Below are positions 51,206-64,000 of a stretch of DNA of 64,000 bases, piece by piece; the first letter of the stretch is position 1, and every line of letters starts with the position of its first letter. The position numbers were made by a program, and so were the translations under genes. The notes under the pieces are model-generated. The model did no database searches. It saw only the letters and a list, made by a program, of their open reading frames with translations, and was not told the DNA's origin. Source of the DNA: Lingula anatina (lineage: Eukaryota > Animalia > Brachiopoda); assembly GCA_051362555.1 (NCBI GenBank), contig CM120641.1:12152001-12216000 (forward strand). The letters are read 5' to 3'.

Positions 51206-52743
51206 ATCGAGAAGACCCGGTGGCCCATGGCTAAACCTAGAAAGATTAGACGACCATGAAGTAATCTCAGAGATCTTTTTATCCTATAGAGTAACTGTGT
51301 TTTTCATTAATCTTCTGACATTACATGTACATGTAGCAGCGACGACGTGGTGGCAACTCTATATGTTTTTCATTGACAAGGAATCATATTAGTCCTCTGA
51401 GTGTTGGACGGCAGGGGATGACTTTCAACATCCATGACATGATCATTGCTTCCAGCAGGTAATGAAGCATTTTTGTAGATATGGATTGTGGCACAGAATA
51501 AGATATCTACACCGTGTCTAAAAGGTATATCTAAGGGGGAAATTGAACATCTGACCAATGATACAGCTTGGTGTATTTTTAATTCTTCATCTACATAACA
51601 TCAGCAGCGATATACAATTTCTAGACAGTTCGTCAAAAAAGTACAGTATATAATCGTTTTGGTCAGCAATTTTGTAACTATGTTGATTCGACATGTTGGC
51701 AGGCTGTGTATTGATCTCCTATGGTAGGTGCTATTCGTCGAACAAGGGCCAGTCACCGGCCAGTGCCTGCACTACGTACATGCTGTTCAGATACCCGGTG
51801 GGAGAGAAAACATGTCCGCCGGAATGAAGGCCAGTCACTTATTGTTAATAATTGATGTCTGCCGAACACTAGATCCATGCCTATCCCAGAACTTCATTTC
51901 TCAGGAGCAAGTGTCTGCCGGACGTCCATTTTATGCGTATTTTATTCCTACATCGTGGATATGGAGTTCCAGTAGACTCTGCCAGGAAATTGTTTTTTAA
52001 GGGGGTAAAATGAATTAAGGGGGTATAATGAGAATAAGACATTCGTGAAAATGCTTTTATCAATGAAGTTTATATCTTATGTCTGAAAAAGTGAAAAACA
52101 CCAGAAAAAAGTCCATCTTTTTCTTTTATTACCCAAGTTTTCTTATTTTTTGATAGGTCAAGTTATGATGAAGTTACTTTTTGAAGAATTATACCCTGCG
52201 CCCTTAGATTTTGGTTCCTCCGGATTGGACATTACGTTCTAGGGAATGTATGTTTGTCTTTCTTCTGGCCATAGTTTCCAGGGAATCCTATTGACATGCG
52301 TTGCTTTCACACCTGTCAAAAATGTAATGTTATTAATGCATTTAATTTCTTCTGGATTCGCTATTCGCTTTTTGCATTTGAGTTCGATGACAAGGACGCA
52401 TGTCTATTAACGTATTGTCGATTTAATTATTAGTGTTGTTTTTATGTTGTTCCAGTGGCTCATACCAATAAATGACAAATTTCAGATAAAATAAAAATAA
52501 AAATATAAGTCAATAAAAGTGAAATTTTAAATGGTTGTTTTAGAGTAACAGCTGCAATGTAATATTAATTAAATTCGAGTTTTAATGAGATACACTTAAG
52601 TTACAAGCCCCAGATGACTTGATTCCTGAAAGTCCAATTGCCCGAAGGGATGCCATGTAATTTTAAACAACTTAGCAGCTTTTAATAGGCAACAGATGTC
52701 TGACTTTCTGAACTACGCTAAATGTAGCAATATAACATGATGA

Positions 52744-52746
<3 letters not shown>

Positions 52747-52813
<67 letters not shown>
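52747..52813. repeat. (TA)n microsatellite
   Basis: visible run. Confidence 0.95.
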
Positions 52814-52816
<3 letters not shown>

Positions 52817-55800
52817 GCAGTTCTACACGGCAACAGTACAAATTCAGTGAATCGTTATCCTCACAGAATAACGCAATATCGACAAAAAGAGCGATGAAAT
52901 ACTATCATTTGTCATCTGATACTACTTTATCTTAATTTATGTACATGCACAGTGTGTTAAACGTGATTCAAACCAATTACGAACGTGATTAACTTAGTGT
53001 CGCCTCAAGATATACATAGTAATGCGTTATCTTATTCAGCAGATTGGAAGGCCAAATACTGATTGCAAGAGCGTTGGTTTGCTTAAAATAAGTTTGACCA
53101 AGGATATTCTGATTGAAATTACTTGGTTTGTACAATGGCCCGTACACTTAAAAACAATATTAGGCATTTTATTAGATAAAGTAGAGTTGATAGTGACATA
53201 CACATTAACCTCCGTGTCACTTTGCTCTGGACTTTTTGTTGATATGAACTTACAGGAATTCAAACTGACGCGATATACTTATATGATACCCATAACCACA
53301 AATGCTTCATTCTCAACAATGCTATTTCTACAATATGCTGTTAATTATACATACAATGCTTTTTGGGTAATGAATAAATGACTAGCCGATAAAAGCTGTC
53401 TGAGATTTTACGGACTTGCCCTCTCTATTCATAGTAGTGACGGCAGTTTTTTTCTCACACATAATAAGCTATCTGAAGCAGTATGGGACTAGGATTGATG
53501 AAATCTACTGATATTATGTTATATAACACATTACCAACACATTACCAATCGTCGAATACTTAAAATACACGCAAACCCTGTGTAAGTACCAAAGCTAAGA
53601 TAGTTTCTTCCAAAATTTCTTATAGATAGTAATATTGTGTACGTTAACACCAGAATTGTACAATAATATTAGATCTAGATCAGTCCAGGCAACAAATTAT
53701 TTGCTGTGATTAACATCAACCCCGTTGATTATTATCGTGTTAAAATTTCCAAAATGCACATCAGAAAATGTAGCTGGGACAGGGTTTTAGGCCCCTTGGA
53801 CTTACAAGTGGAAGCGCACAGCTATGACAGACACAGAGGATGGCTTTTTGTACAGCCACGCTTTGTTGGTGCATAATTAAACGCGCAGTGGTTCACTTTT
53901 TATGCTCATTTAAGAACGGGATTGCAGTGATCTGATTAAATGACTGTCCAGTGGACGGGTCATACAGGGGTTAAGTATGAAATAACACCTGTCTGAGCTC
54001 TTCTTTGAGGGACTTTATCACACCACTTAATATTGCACTTAGAAGATAACGAAAGATGAATGATGATGAGCAAACTGCTGTCCTTAATTGAAGCTCAAAG
54101 TCGGTCTTCAAGGAATATTTATAAGTAATGTTTGAGCGCAAGTTAAATGAAAGAGGGATTTAGTCAATAATTGCACATATCAATACGATATGGGGCCCCT
54201 CACTTCCATTCCTGGTACTACCTTTCCTGTCACAACGGTGTACCGAATATCGTGGTAACAAGTTATATGCTAAATGCTGCTGGTCAGAAAGGCGGCATTT
54301 TTGTACAATTATTGACCTTAGCCGAGATAATGAAAAACAGCATATTCACCAAGGGGATGTAAGTATATAGACTATATACTTCCATGCTAAGAGCAAAAGA
54401 AAACAGTTGTTTTATTATATAATTTGATACCCGTCAATGTCCTCAAAGATAACATCAAAACTTGACAACATCGCTATCACCCGCCATTGTTGGCGTCTGA
54501 CTGATAATAATTGCTTCTCACCCGATTGGTAGAAATAAATCGGGAATAGCAATGGCGTATGTTATGTTACGACGTTTTCGGTTAATATTGAGTTTGTCAG
54601 ACCTCGAATTCCGAGATATAATATCATTACCTATGCCAAATATGTTATAGTTTTCGCACCAAAATAACGTTCTTGGTTCTGTACTTCGTATTGTATATTC
54701 TACGGAGGTTTTACTTATTTCTCTACTCAAAGATAGCATTCTATCCGAACATGAAATGCTTCAAAATGAAATTTACTGCTCTCTTGGTTCGAAAGATTGT
54801 TATTAAAACGTCTTTTTTTTTTTAGAGAAAACCCGATATTGCAGACATGAGAGATCAATGGTCATTAAATATCATTGTCTCTTACTTGGCCAGAATTGTA
54901 AATTTATTGACGTGTCACGGATGAGTAAAACTTGTATATAATCTTTTTATAACTATCGTTATCTCACGACCTGCGCTTTGAATGATGGGATAATTGCACT
55001 TATTTTTCGCTCACACGCTCGCCTTCACTTTGTGCGTTCATCCTGTTCGAAGCGCAAGTCGAGGGATAAGTTCGTTACGACTACTCGTCGTCCACTGCAT
55101 GCAACATACAAGGGCAAATTGTATCCGCGACTCGATATAATTACGCTCTTGTGTGTCACATATGGTGGACGATTCGTGTTGTTCTTTTAAAAGCTGTTAC
55201 TTACAACCTGGAGGCTATACACAAATAACTGACTACCTAACACTTGGACTAAATAATGACATCAATGCTTTATTTTCTAGTTTTCTTTGTAACAGGACGT
55301 TGCACCCGCAAAAAATCCAAAACAACCTTGACGTTAATAATATGAATACTATTTTAATTAATAAAAACAAAACGGGAAAATTGTACACTTTTTCACCAAC
55401 AGTTAGAAGCACGTGTTTCGACACAGTTCACTTGCTGTCTTCAGACACGGCTCACACGGTGTCAGGCAGAGTAAAATATCAAATAATTTCTACAGGTCCA
55501 ATATTTGTTTTATATACATCCTGGGTTATGGTGTGAAGAATATATAAATCAATACAACTTCCATATCACTGGATACACGCCCTGTGTATGGTGTCCCAGT
55601 GAAACATTACAGCACACATGCAGTAAGTAGGTGGCTTTACAACTTTATATGGGCAATTTTTACAGTTATACATGTACAGTTGAGTGACCTGTATCTTCTT
55701 ATGACTGTTACACAGGCCATTTGTACACACGAAATGACCCAACCCAGCTTATTTGCTGTCCTTTACAATTACTATGTCCATATTCTCTTTGAATTCAATC

Positions 55801-58120
55801 ATCTCTTACTTGGTCAGAATTGTAAAAACTGATTGACCTGACATGGATGATCAAAACATGTATAAAATCTATTTATAATTACTTATGGATTGTAAAGCTG
55901 TCTTTGTGAAAAGGGTATTCTACTGGCCTTATCAGATGTTTACTCTTAACAATGTTTGTGCTGTGATACCAGAATAAAAAAGGAACAAAAACGGAAGGGG
56001 GAAAAAGCAATGCTAATTGTAATACCTGCATGGATAAAAAAAAAAAAATTCAAAGTGCAATTGGGAAAAAATAAAGAAATTAAGTGCAACTTACCAATAA
56101 TAATAAATAAATAAATAAATAGATAAATAAATAAATAAATAAAACAGGAATTGGCACAATATTACAAATTCCCTTTAGTTAGAAAGACTTCCATGTTTGT
56201 AGGTATTTCCATGCAAGTGTGAGATGAACATTGCATGCTTGGATACATTATGACCTTCTCCCAGGGGTCTATTTCATTTTTCGGTCTTTTTATAAATGTG
56301 GCCTCTCTATATGAAGTCAAGAATGGTAATAGCCTGGTTAAAACCCAATACTTATCAGAAGTAATGTATTTGACTCTCCCGCCAGATTCCAACTACTGGT
56401 ACAGCAATGCCATGTTTCAAGTCAAGTCAGGTCCCACTCATCTCAGTTACGGTACATGAAGTTACTTGCCTCATCAGATATTATCCTGGAATGAGCTGCA
56501 ATGAGCAATAATCCAAATTTACAGGAAACATGGCCCTATATTACCTGGACAGAATTACTACAGTGCCATACATGAAAGGTCCAAGATAAAATTGCTGTAT
56601 CAAGTAATCTCTCTGACTGAAAAGTAGGCCTAAATAACTGAAAAAGATGCTATACAGGGTACAAAACATGTCATGCCATCCAGTTAACCTTATAATACTT
56701 TGTCTGTAGCCAAACTGTAGTTCATTAGCTTTGAAAGACATGGAAAAGGTTGTGTCCATCCCACACTACATCACTGATTTAACCATAATTTACATATGTG
56801 GGGTAAAAATACATTAACATATACATTGTATTATTATTCACATGGGATAGAGAGGGCTGCAATTTTAATCCTGAGTTGAAATATTTCAATATGTAATACA
56901 TTGTACACTTTCTCAATACATGACTTAGATTTGTAGTCTGAACACAGCGTACTGCTAAATAGCATGGATGTTGCTTAACAAGTTTGTCAATATTTCATAA
57001 ATTTGTAAACACAAACAACATTCACATTTATTGTTAGCTCCAGAGAATAGTAAGGATACTCATGCCATCTGTTGTTACTGTATTACTATTATTCTGCAAT
57101 CTTTGCCTTATTCTTTGCCTGGACATTAGATCATATGTATACAACAGGCACGTCCTTCAAAGCCATTTCCACACAGCAATGCTTCCTAAATTTCTGCTTG
57201 TGTGAGGTTAAATTCAAATTCAAACAATATTGTGCATTCTTAAGAACACTGTGATGTTAGCAGACTATTGATAGACTCTAAGTGTTGTACTATATTTATC
57301 ACTCCTATTCTAGCGAGTTCACTTCCTTGAAATTGCTGCAGAGAATTTCTGTCCACATTGATTTTACCAACAATTATCACAGTGCTGAGAAACACTGCTG
57401 AAAGGAGTACATGTACTTGTGGTGCCTACATTGTGAACATCGCTATGTATACAGCACTGCAGACACCAAAAAATATTATTAAAGGCAACCTCACACATGG
57501 GTCTTCCTTGTAACTATTCCTAATAGAATTAGTTTTGGGAGTTCATTAATACACCTACATAAACATCACTTTTAAAATATAAGCTAATATCAATCAATTC
57601 TGCTGACAAGAATATGTACATATTATCAAAAACTAAATAGAACTTCGTACATCTGACATCTACATTAATATCAGATTTTTGGCTGGCTTGCTAGGATTGA
57701 CTGTTGATGTTTCCTGTTATATTTACAAGTTTGCGGATCCCACTGAACATAGTTGATTGATCCATGGCTAAACATTGGCTAATTCCCAAATAAAAACAAT
57801 GGCAGAAAGACAAAGTGCCGTGTATAAGCGACCAGATTCATTTATAGAAAATCAGCAGTGCAGTCATGAGTGCAGTATATTTTCTAGAATACAATAGTGG
57901 GGTTCTTGTTTGTCTGCTTCTCCATCAGGAACATAAAATCTTGAATCCACTGTTGGGGTAAAAATACATTTCTCCATTTGAAAAAAAAACTGCTCTCTTT
58001 TACATAAACCACATATCACCAACAAAGGGAATATCCATTTAAAAATGTATTTTGAACAGGTTTATATTTCACATTATCTTACACAGTAACATATTAGGAA
58101 GAAGTTTGATCTAAGTGCTA

Positions 58121-58230
58121 TCATAACAAGCCCTGTTGGCTGTCCTCCTCTTCTGTCAACTTGCTGGGAGGCTGATGGTGTTTCTTTGTGTAAGCCAACA
58201 ATGTGGAAGTGGAGGTCTGCCGAGAGACAC
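58121..58230 (-). CDS. PDE1: PDE1, terminal coding exon
   Basis: ttttctag|GT GTC TCT...TTA TGA, 110 nt, phase 1; VSRQTSTSTLLAYTKKHHQPPSKLTEEEDSQQGLL*. Confidence 0.65.
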
Positions 58231-59408
58231 CTAGAAAACAAGACAAGAAATCAATAAGGATTCCACCATGACCTGCAAATTGTGGTAGATGTGACAGTGC
58301 AGAATGTGTGTAAAATGATTGTGTTTGGGCTGGTTGTGAACATTGTGTCTGGGTGTGACAGTAACAAAATAATGAGCACATTATATGGGTGGTATCAATA
58401 GTATGAATGGCTCCATGATTCATGTAACATTCTTTATGTCAATACTCACAAACATACACAGAAACAACATTGCTGTCATTATGTCATATCTAGTATTGTA
58501 TGATAATAAATGAATGGACACACCCACACTCATTATAAGCACATCCTTTCACTTTTCCTTATCCATTCATATACAACTGGCAAATGTTGACGAAAGACTG
58601 TTTAATGTCAAGTAAACTATCTTTTTAGAATGGACATGCTGGCATGATGCAAACATTTAGCCCTATGGTTACTACAAGGATCTGGGATTTATTGTAACAG
58701 ACAGTAAACAAATGTCTACTATTTTTTTTAAACTTTAAAACTGCCAATGAGAGCCATGCAAGGTGTTTAAAGATTCTAACTCACATCCAGCTACTGATGC
58801 AAAGTTAAATTGATAAACACTCTTCGATTACACAAAGCCCCCCTCCCTTTCCCACACATAGGGCATTCAAACAATTCTACATCTGCTCAAATCATGTTCA
58901 ACCTAGGTACTCAAACCTAAACTTTTTTTACATGTGATTTTAAAAATCTATGACATATTTTAAAAGTATTTTGTTTTTCAAAGACATTTCTCTTAGACAT
59001 CATTCAATGGTCTAGTTATTAAGTCAATAAACACGCCAAAAAATTAGAAAACAATGAATTATTTTCAAATTCTATCAACAAAGGTTTATATTTGCTCAGT
59101 AAGGTGATGTCGTTATTAGTCTCATGCAAAAAATAAGTATTTTTCTGTGAGGTTAAAATCAGTGTAAGTAATAAAGAAATAAGTTATATGGGAATGGTAT
59201 TGAATATGCACAGTACCATTATAATTACCTTGGTTAGAGCAGGTTTTTTAAAAACAATATATTTTACATGCAAAAATATGAAAAAACTATGTTTTAAATG
59301 TGAAGGCCAATTCAATGCGCTGAAACATGTGAGTGTTTATGCTGGTTGACCAAAGCAACTTACTATACTACAAGTGAGTGACCACTGCAAAAGGCAGCAT
59401 GTACTTAC

Positions 59409-59436
59409 GGTACTCATTTAGCCCTGCTGGAGAGTC
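59409..59436 (-). CDS. PDE1: PDE1, candidate 28-nt cassette exon with in-frame stop
   Basis: ccccag|GA CTC TCC AGC AGG GCT AAA TGA GTA CC|gtaagt. Confidence 0.5.
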
Positions 59437-60390
59437 CTGGGGCAATATTAGCAGAACAAATGAGTTAATGGATTGCACATTGATTAGACAAGAGCTGGCT
59501 GAATTGGATTCAAGCGCTCACAAAAATTTATCCCTTTCCAAGAAAAACTAATTATATGCCATTTCTTCGTGTGAAGTTAATTAGATTATGACCCATCTGA
59601 CCCGTATGTAACTTTTATATATATCTCTCTCTATGTCCCACGAAACAAGTCATCAAGGTTCTAAAACTACTCCTTGTACCATTGGAGCACATGTCACTAC
59701 CACAGTTATTGTACATAAAATTAAAGCACACCTCTAATGTTGGGAGTCAATTCTTTCAGTTGTACATCAGTGCAAAATGTACAGAGCATCTAACAGCTTT
59801 TACTGAGAACTGCACTGTAGGTAGGTAACAACTGCTTTTTTTTTTTTTTGCTTACATAGCAAAACATGCAAATGTATTGCCAAATACAAACCTACAAACT
59901 GCATAGCTAATCAAACATTCAAGACCTCAAAACTGATAAAGGTAAGGCATTTATTTTTATAACCAATCTTGAAAAGGAGCAACAGGATATATGGTAGTGG
60001 TGTTTTACTCAGTTGAAACAAACATGTTAAGAGATATATAAGTATATTGCTCCGTGATGTTTTACCAGTATGTGTCCAAGACAAATGAAAGTATGAGATA
60101 AAAACACCTTTGTCAGCTTTAATAGCATATGAAAGCTTGTGGCTAAATTAGATCTATGAACTAAGACATACTACCGGAAGCGTTAGCCTTTAGAAATATT
60201 TTTTCATCAATGTAAGTGTCATAGTTTCCTTACATTCACTTGTATTGAACCTATAACAAAAAAATTATATTTAACAAAGTTTGTATGCGGAATTATCTAA
60301 GGTCTGCCAGTGCCCATGATAAATGTAAACTTTTTTGGTAAGTAAATGAGATTGCTGTCACAATCCTGTCAACAGTCACAGAAATCTTAC

Positions 60391-60546
60391 CTTTTTGGAG
60401 AGGCTTTATTTGTATCTCATCACCAGTGTTTTGATTACTTGGGGAGTCGCTCTCGTCCCTACTGTTTTTGTGTGTGTTTGCTGATAAATCTGAGGATGAA
60501 TTTTGACGAGAATTCCTACCATCTACAGAGGGTTTCTTCTCTCCAT
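60391..60546 (-). CDS. PDE1: PDE1, C-terminal tail exon
   Basis: ttaacag|AT GGA...AAA G|gtaag, 156 nt, phase 1->1, open. Confidence 0.75.
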
Positions 60547-60555
60547 CTGTTAAAA

Positions 60556-60556
<1 letters not shown>

Positions 60557-60593
<37 letters not shown>
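60557..60593. repeat. (TAT)n microsatellite
   Basis: visible run. Confidence 0.95.
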
Positions 60594-60594
<1 letters not shown>

Positions 60595-60764
60595 GATGTA
60601 ACACAGTAAAAAGGTACAATTTCAATAATTCAAACATTTTTTGGCAATTTGTAATATTTCATGAACATGTAGTATATATAAGTGTATTGATGTATATGTA
60701 TTAATTCCATTGGTGCTTATCTTTATTAGGACACTGATACACTGAATGAAACAGGATATCTCAC

Positions 60765-60842
60765 TTTTCACAGATTCCTCTTTCCATCTTCTCAAATTTT
60801 CAGCTAGTGGTTGCTCCCAACTTCTCTTCAATTCATATTTTA
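60765..60842 (-). CDS. PDE1: PDE1, exon with last catalytic-domain helix
   Basis: tttcag|TA AAA...AAA A|gtgag, 78 nt; WEQPLAENLRRWKEE (PDE N-x3-W helix). Confidence 0.85.
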
Positions 60843-61354
60843 CTGAAAAATGAAAGACATGAAATATTCTTTTAAGTTGGCAAAAAGCTTACAGAATAGA
60901 GTACAAAATCATTCAGACTCTGCAAAGTCTTAGAGATCAGTATTTGGCAAAATACAAATCCATCTGTCTGTCAATGATACACACAAACCTAATATACCAG
61001 AGGCTTAGTTCTTAAATGCAAAATTCTTACTTTGGAGGAACATAAAATTAAGAACCTTTGAAAATATTCCCAAAAGGAGGAGTAAAAAAAAAATGTAAGA
61101 GAATCATGCGTGCAATAATAAAATATACATAAATTTATGAAAACAGTTTGGATACAGATGGCACAAAGAGCCACTGAAAAAATATTAGTTGAGTATGTTG
61201 CTTTTATTGTACAAGTTTTTCATGGCAAGAACTAAGAATAGCATTGTGTTATTGTGGTAGGTGCACTGGCATATACATTAATGTTCTCAAGAGTTTGGAA
61301 GATTGAATGTAGCAGTTGGGCTTCAAATGTCAGGTTTGTAAAGTGGATGGGGTA

Positions 61355-61598
61355 GATGTGGGTGTGGTGTGGCATGCAGATGTGGGTGGGTGTGGCACAC
61401 AGATATGGGTGTGGTGTGGCATGCAGATGTAGGTGTGGTGTAGCATGCAGATGTAGGTGTGGTGTAGCATGCAGATGTGGGTGGGTGTGGCACACAGATA
61501 TGGGTGTGGTGTGGCATGCAGATGTAGGTGTGGTGTAGCATGCAGATGTGGGTGGGTGTGGCACACAGATGTGGGTGTGGTGTAGCATGCAGATGTGA
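61355..61598. repeat. 23-24 bp GT-rich minisatellite in PDE1 intron
   Basis: About 10 units of GATGT(G/A)GGTGTGGTGT(G/A)GCATGCA and GATGTGGGTGGGTGTGGCACACA. Confidence 0.9.
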
Positions 61599-62086
61599 GT
61601 GCATGTCACACATGAATAAATCAGCTAGGGTAGATTGCAAATGTTGTTGCACTGAGTGTCAATGGAAGGACAGTTGGAATAATGTGATAGGTATAGATGT
61701 TAATAGATAGGGAATGGTTGTAGATAGAGGCAGGCAGTTTGCATACAGAGTCTGATGGGTGTGAGTAGTATGTAAAGTGTAAGCCACTGAAATGATATCT
61801 TTAGTGAAATTTGGAGCTGGCAGTTGCTGGCATTTACAGCTGAGTTGGTCTGGCATGCAGAGGTGAGTAAGGGAGTCATTTACAGCTGGGTTAGTCTGGC
61901 TTGCTGAGGTGGGTATAATAAGCATACAGAGGTAGTGTGGCTGGCATGCAGAGGTGGGTATAAGTGGTACTTAGAGCTAAGTGTAACTAGTGAGAAATGG
62001 TGGATATGAATGACATGCAAAGTTTGTGTCAATCAAACAAAAGGGTGAATTGCATGCAGAGGTGGGTGTTAGAGGCATGCCCCCAC

Positions 62087-62308
62087 CTGTGCCAGAAAGT
62101 GAAAGACTCCTCCTTGTACTGCCTATACTGGGAGGCCTCTCACCACTACGTGATCCTCCACTTATAGATGATCCACGCCGACTCTTCTTATCTTCCTCTT
62201 CTGATATTGAGTTTTTAGGGCTCTGGCCTGTCATTTGCTTGGTAACTACCTTCTCAAGCATGTCTCCCATCACAGTGAAGCTAGGGTCAACAATGATGTT
62301 AATAAAAC
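62087..62308 (-). CDS. PDE1: PDE1, catalytic-domain exon plus Ser-rich insert
   Basis: ttcag|GT TTT ATT; GFINIIVDPSFTVMGDMLEK...; donor taken at G|gtgggg (phase 1, weak). Confidence 0.8.
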
Positions 62309-62374
62309 CTGAAAAATAGTTGACACAAATATGACTTGAAATACACATAGCAAACACAACTTCCATATATCACA

Positions 62375-62443
62375 TATTATATTATATTATATTATATTAT
62401 ATTATATTATATTATATTATATTATATTATATTATATTATATA
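62375..62443. repeat. (ATTAT)n pentanucleotide repeat
   Basis: visible run. Confidence 0.95.
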
Positions 62444-62517
62444 TACACACCACAAAATAAGTAAATGAATACCATAGGTCCTTATCAGTTTCATGTTAGA
62501 AATAAACACACACTAAC

Positions 62518-62599
62518 CTATTTGTGATTCTGCTACTAATGTGTTTTCCCTGTCGCATAGTGGTGAACATGGAAGGCCAAGTTGCTTCTCCCTGTCTCC
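62518..62599 (-). CDS. PDE1: PDE1, catalytic-domain exon
   Basis: tacag|GGA GAC...ATA G|gttagt, 82 nt; GDREKQLGLPCSPLCDRENTLVAESQI with invariant Gln. Confidence 0.95.
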
Positions 62600-63114
62600 C
62601 TGTACAGGAATATGTCCAGTTAGTAACATAAAACATCATTTAGTATCTTATTACATTATTTAGGTTTAAAGTACAAGGGTGTCCCAGTATAAATGTAACC
62701 CAAGAAGGTGAACACCATTTGTTTTGTGTTTGCATACTATATACAACCCATAAATTTCTGAAAACTAGAGAAGTCAGATTATCTACAACTGCAAACAATA
62801 TGGCGGCAAAGATTTTATCATTTGTAGACTGTGCTCCAAATGAGCTCTGTTCTGCTGAAGGCACATTTGAATTCTATGGGCAAAGTTGTTGATGACTTCT
62901 TTTGGCACAGCTCCAATTTCTTGATCGAGTGATTACTGCTCTGGGCTGGTGTGGTGGTGGTTGTTGATATTGCATGAAACAGTATCAAACAGTTGGCCAG
63001 GACAAAATGGTGTAAGAACTATGCCACTCAGGCAATACTAATACAGTAACTTTCAAATCTCAAATACTAATCAAATGTGTTCACCTGTACAGCTGGTCAA
63101 GCACGTTCATTTAC

Positions 63115-63235
63115 CTGTTGGAAGAACTCCTCTAACAGGAGCATTGTCCACCTGTGGTGCAAGGTCCAGTCTTTGGCTGGGTGGCTTATGTCGGCACAGT
63201 GCAGCAGTAGAGATAGGGCTTTTGGCTTGTCAATG
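63115..63235 (-). CDS. PDE1: PDE1 (Ca2+/calmodulin-dependent cyclic nucleotide phosphodiesterase), catalytic exon
   Basis: ttccag|C ATT...CAG|gtaaa, 121 nt; IDKPKALSLLLHCADISHPAKDWTLHHRWTMLLLEEFFQQ (ADISHP typical of PDE1). Confidence 0.95.
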
Positions 63236-63630
63236 CTGGAAATTACAGCAGTATTATCATGCTGTTGTATAAATGAACCCACATCAGTGTTATCAAATTG
63301 TGAAGATCATTATGTGATGAACAACGGAAAAATGACAAAAATACAAAATGAACCTGTGGTTGAAATTGCCATGTGTAGAATATGCAATGAATAGTGGAAT
63401 AATAACAAATAATAAAATGAACGGGCAGTCAAAATTGTGTAGACTATGCATAAATTATTGATGCTGTCAGATTTGGTTCGTTGTCAATTCATGAAAAAGT
63501 TAAGCTTTGTCCTATTCATTTACAAATTATGATATCATCCTTCTTTATGATCTCTCCTACATCAAATCAACGGGCATTTTGGCATACACAGCACTGCATA
63601 ATTCTTTGTTAAAATGAAAATGGTACCCAC

Positions 63631-63732
63631 TTTTCAGGCATACTGAGTAAATTCTTCATATTTTTGATCTGCTGAAAATGGAATGACATATCAGTGGCCA
63701 GCACCATATCTATCACTAACGACCTGAAGTAC
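63631..63732 (-). CDS. PDE1: PDE1, catalytic exon; gene continues beyond window
   Basis: tttcag|G TAC...GAA AA|gtgggt, 102 nt; YFRSLVIDMVLATDMSFHFQQIKNMK. Confidence 0.95.
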
Positions 63733-64000
63733 CTGAAAAAGTAGACAAATAATTTATAGAAAATCTCCAGCACAGACAACCTTATATCACCCTATGTTTC
63801 AAAGAACACTGGAAACTCACCATGATGCTGATACTGAAAATGACAGGGGCATGCTGATAGCAGCTGTACGGGTGAATTTTCAGTATCCTCTAAATCTAAG
63901 GGAGTCTGGTGTTCAGTTAAAATAATATAAAGATATATTTAGCTGAAAAATATATAAAATATATGGTATTGGGAATAAAATGCTTGAAAAGCACCATTGT

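Noticed and set aside
61232-61710. His/Cys/Thr/Pro-rich ORFs in several frames
   Set aside because: Translation of a stop-free minisatellite, not a metal-binding protein gene
63821-63833. Possible 13-nt PDE1 microexon (ttttcag|...|gtgagt, minus strand)
   Set aside because: Length would shift the frame in the catalytic domain, and the upstream exon lies outside the window so it cannot be tested

Overview
AT-rich, intron-rich eukaryotic (animal, probably marine invertebrate; inferred) DNA with no operons, CRISPR arrays or recognisable RNA genes. Hand-splicing with GT-AG and phase checks supports five genes. (1) The 3' part of a VWDE-like VWD/EGF gene (+, 685-5895). (2) A 3-exon NmrA/azoreductase-like atypical SDR (+, 9684-12782, 319 aa): its catalytic domain sits in one exon, and two small upstream exons add an MGCxxS acylation-type leader. 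(3) Complete Rab27 CDS (-, 27269-16733, 230 aa). (4) A tentative multi-exon orphan gene (+, about 36479-51.2/51.9 kb), divergent from Rab27, whose N-terminus resembles by eye the AntA/KilA-N/MSV199 phage/virus DNA-binding domains, followed by a long disordered tail. (5) The 3' part of a PDE1 phosphodiesterase (-, 63732-58121) with a 28-nt stop-containing cassette exon. Introns hold many transposon remnants: Tc1/mariner, an ISL2EU-like element with a decayed THAP domain, a Kolobok-like element nested in the hairpin loop of a Helentron/DINE-like element, CAG-ended MITEs with 5-bp TSDs, Harbinger MITEs and L2-type LINE 3' ends. All homology calls are by-eye motif recognition; no database searches were run.
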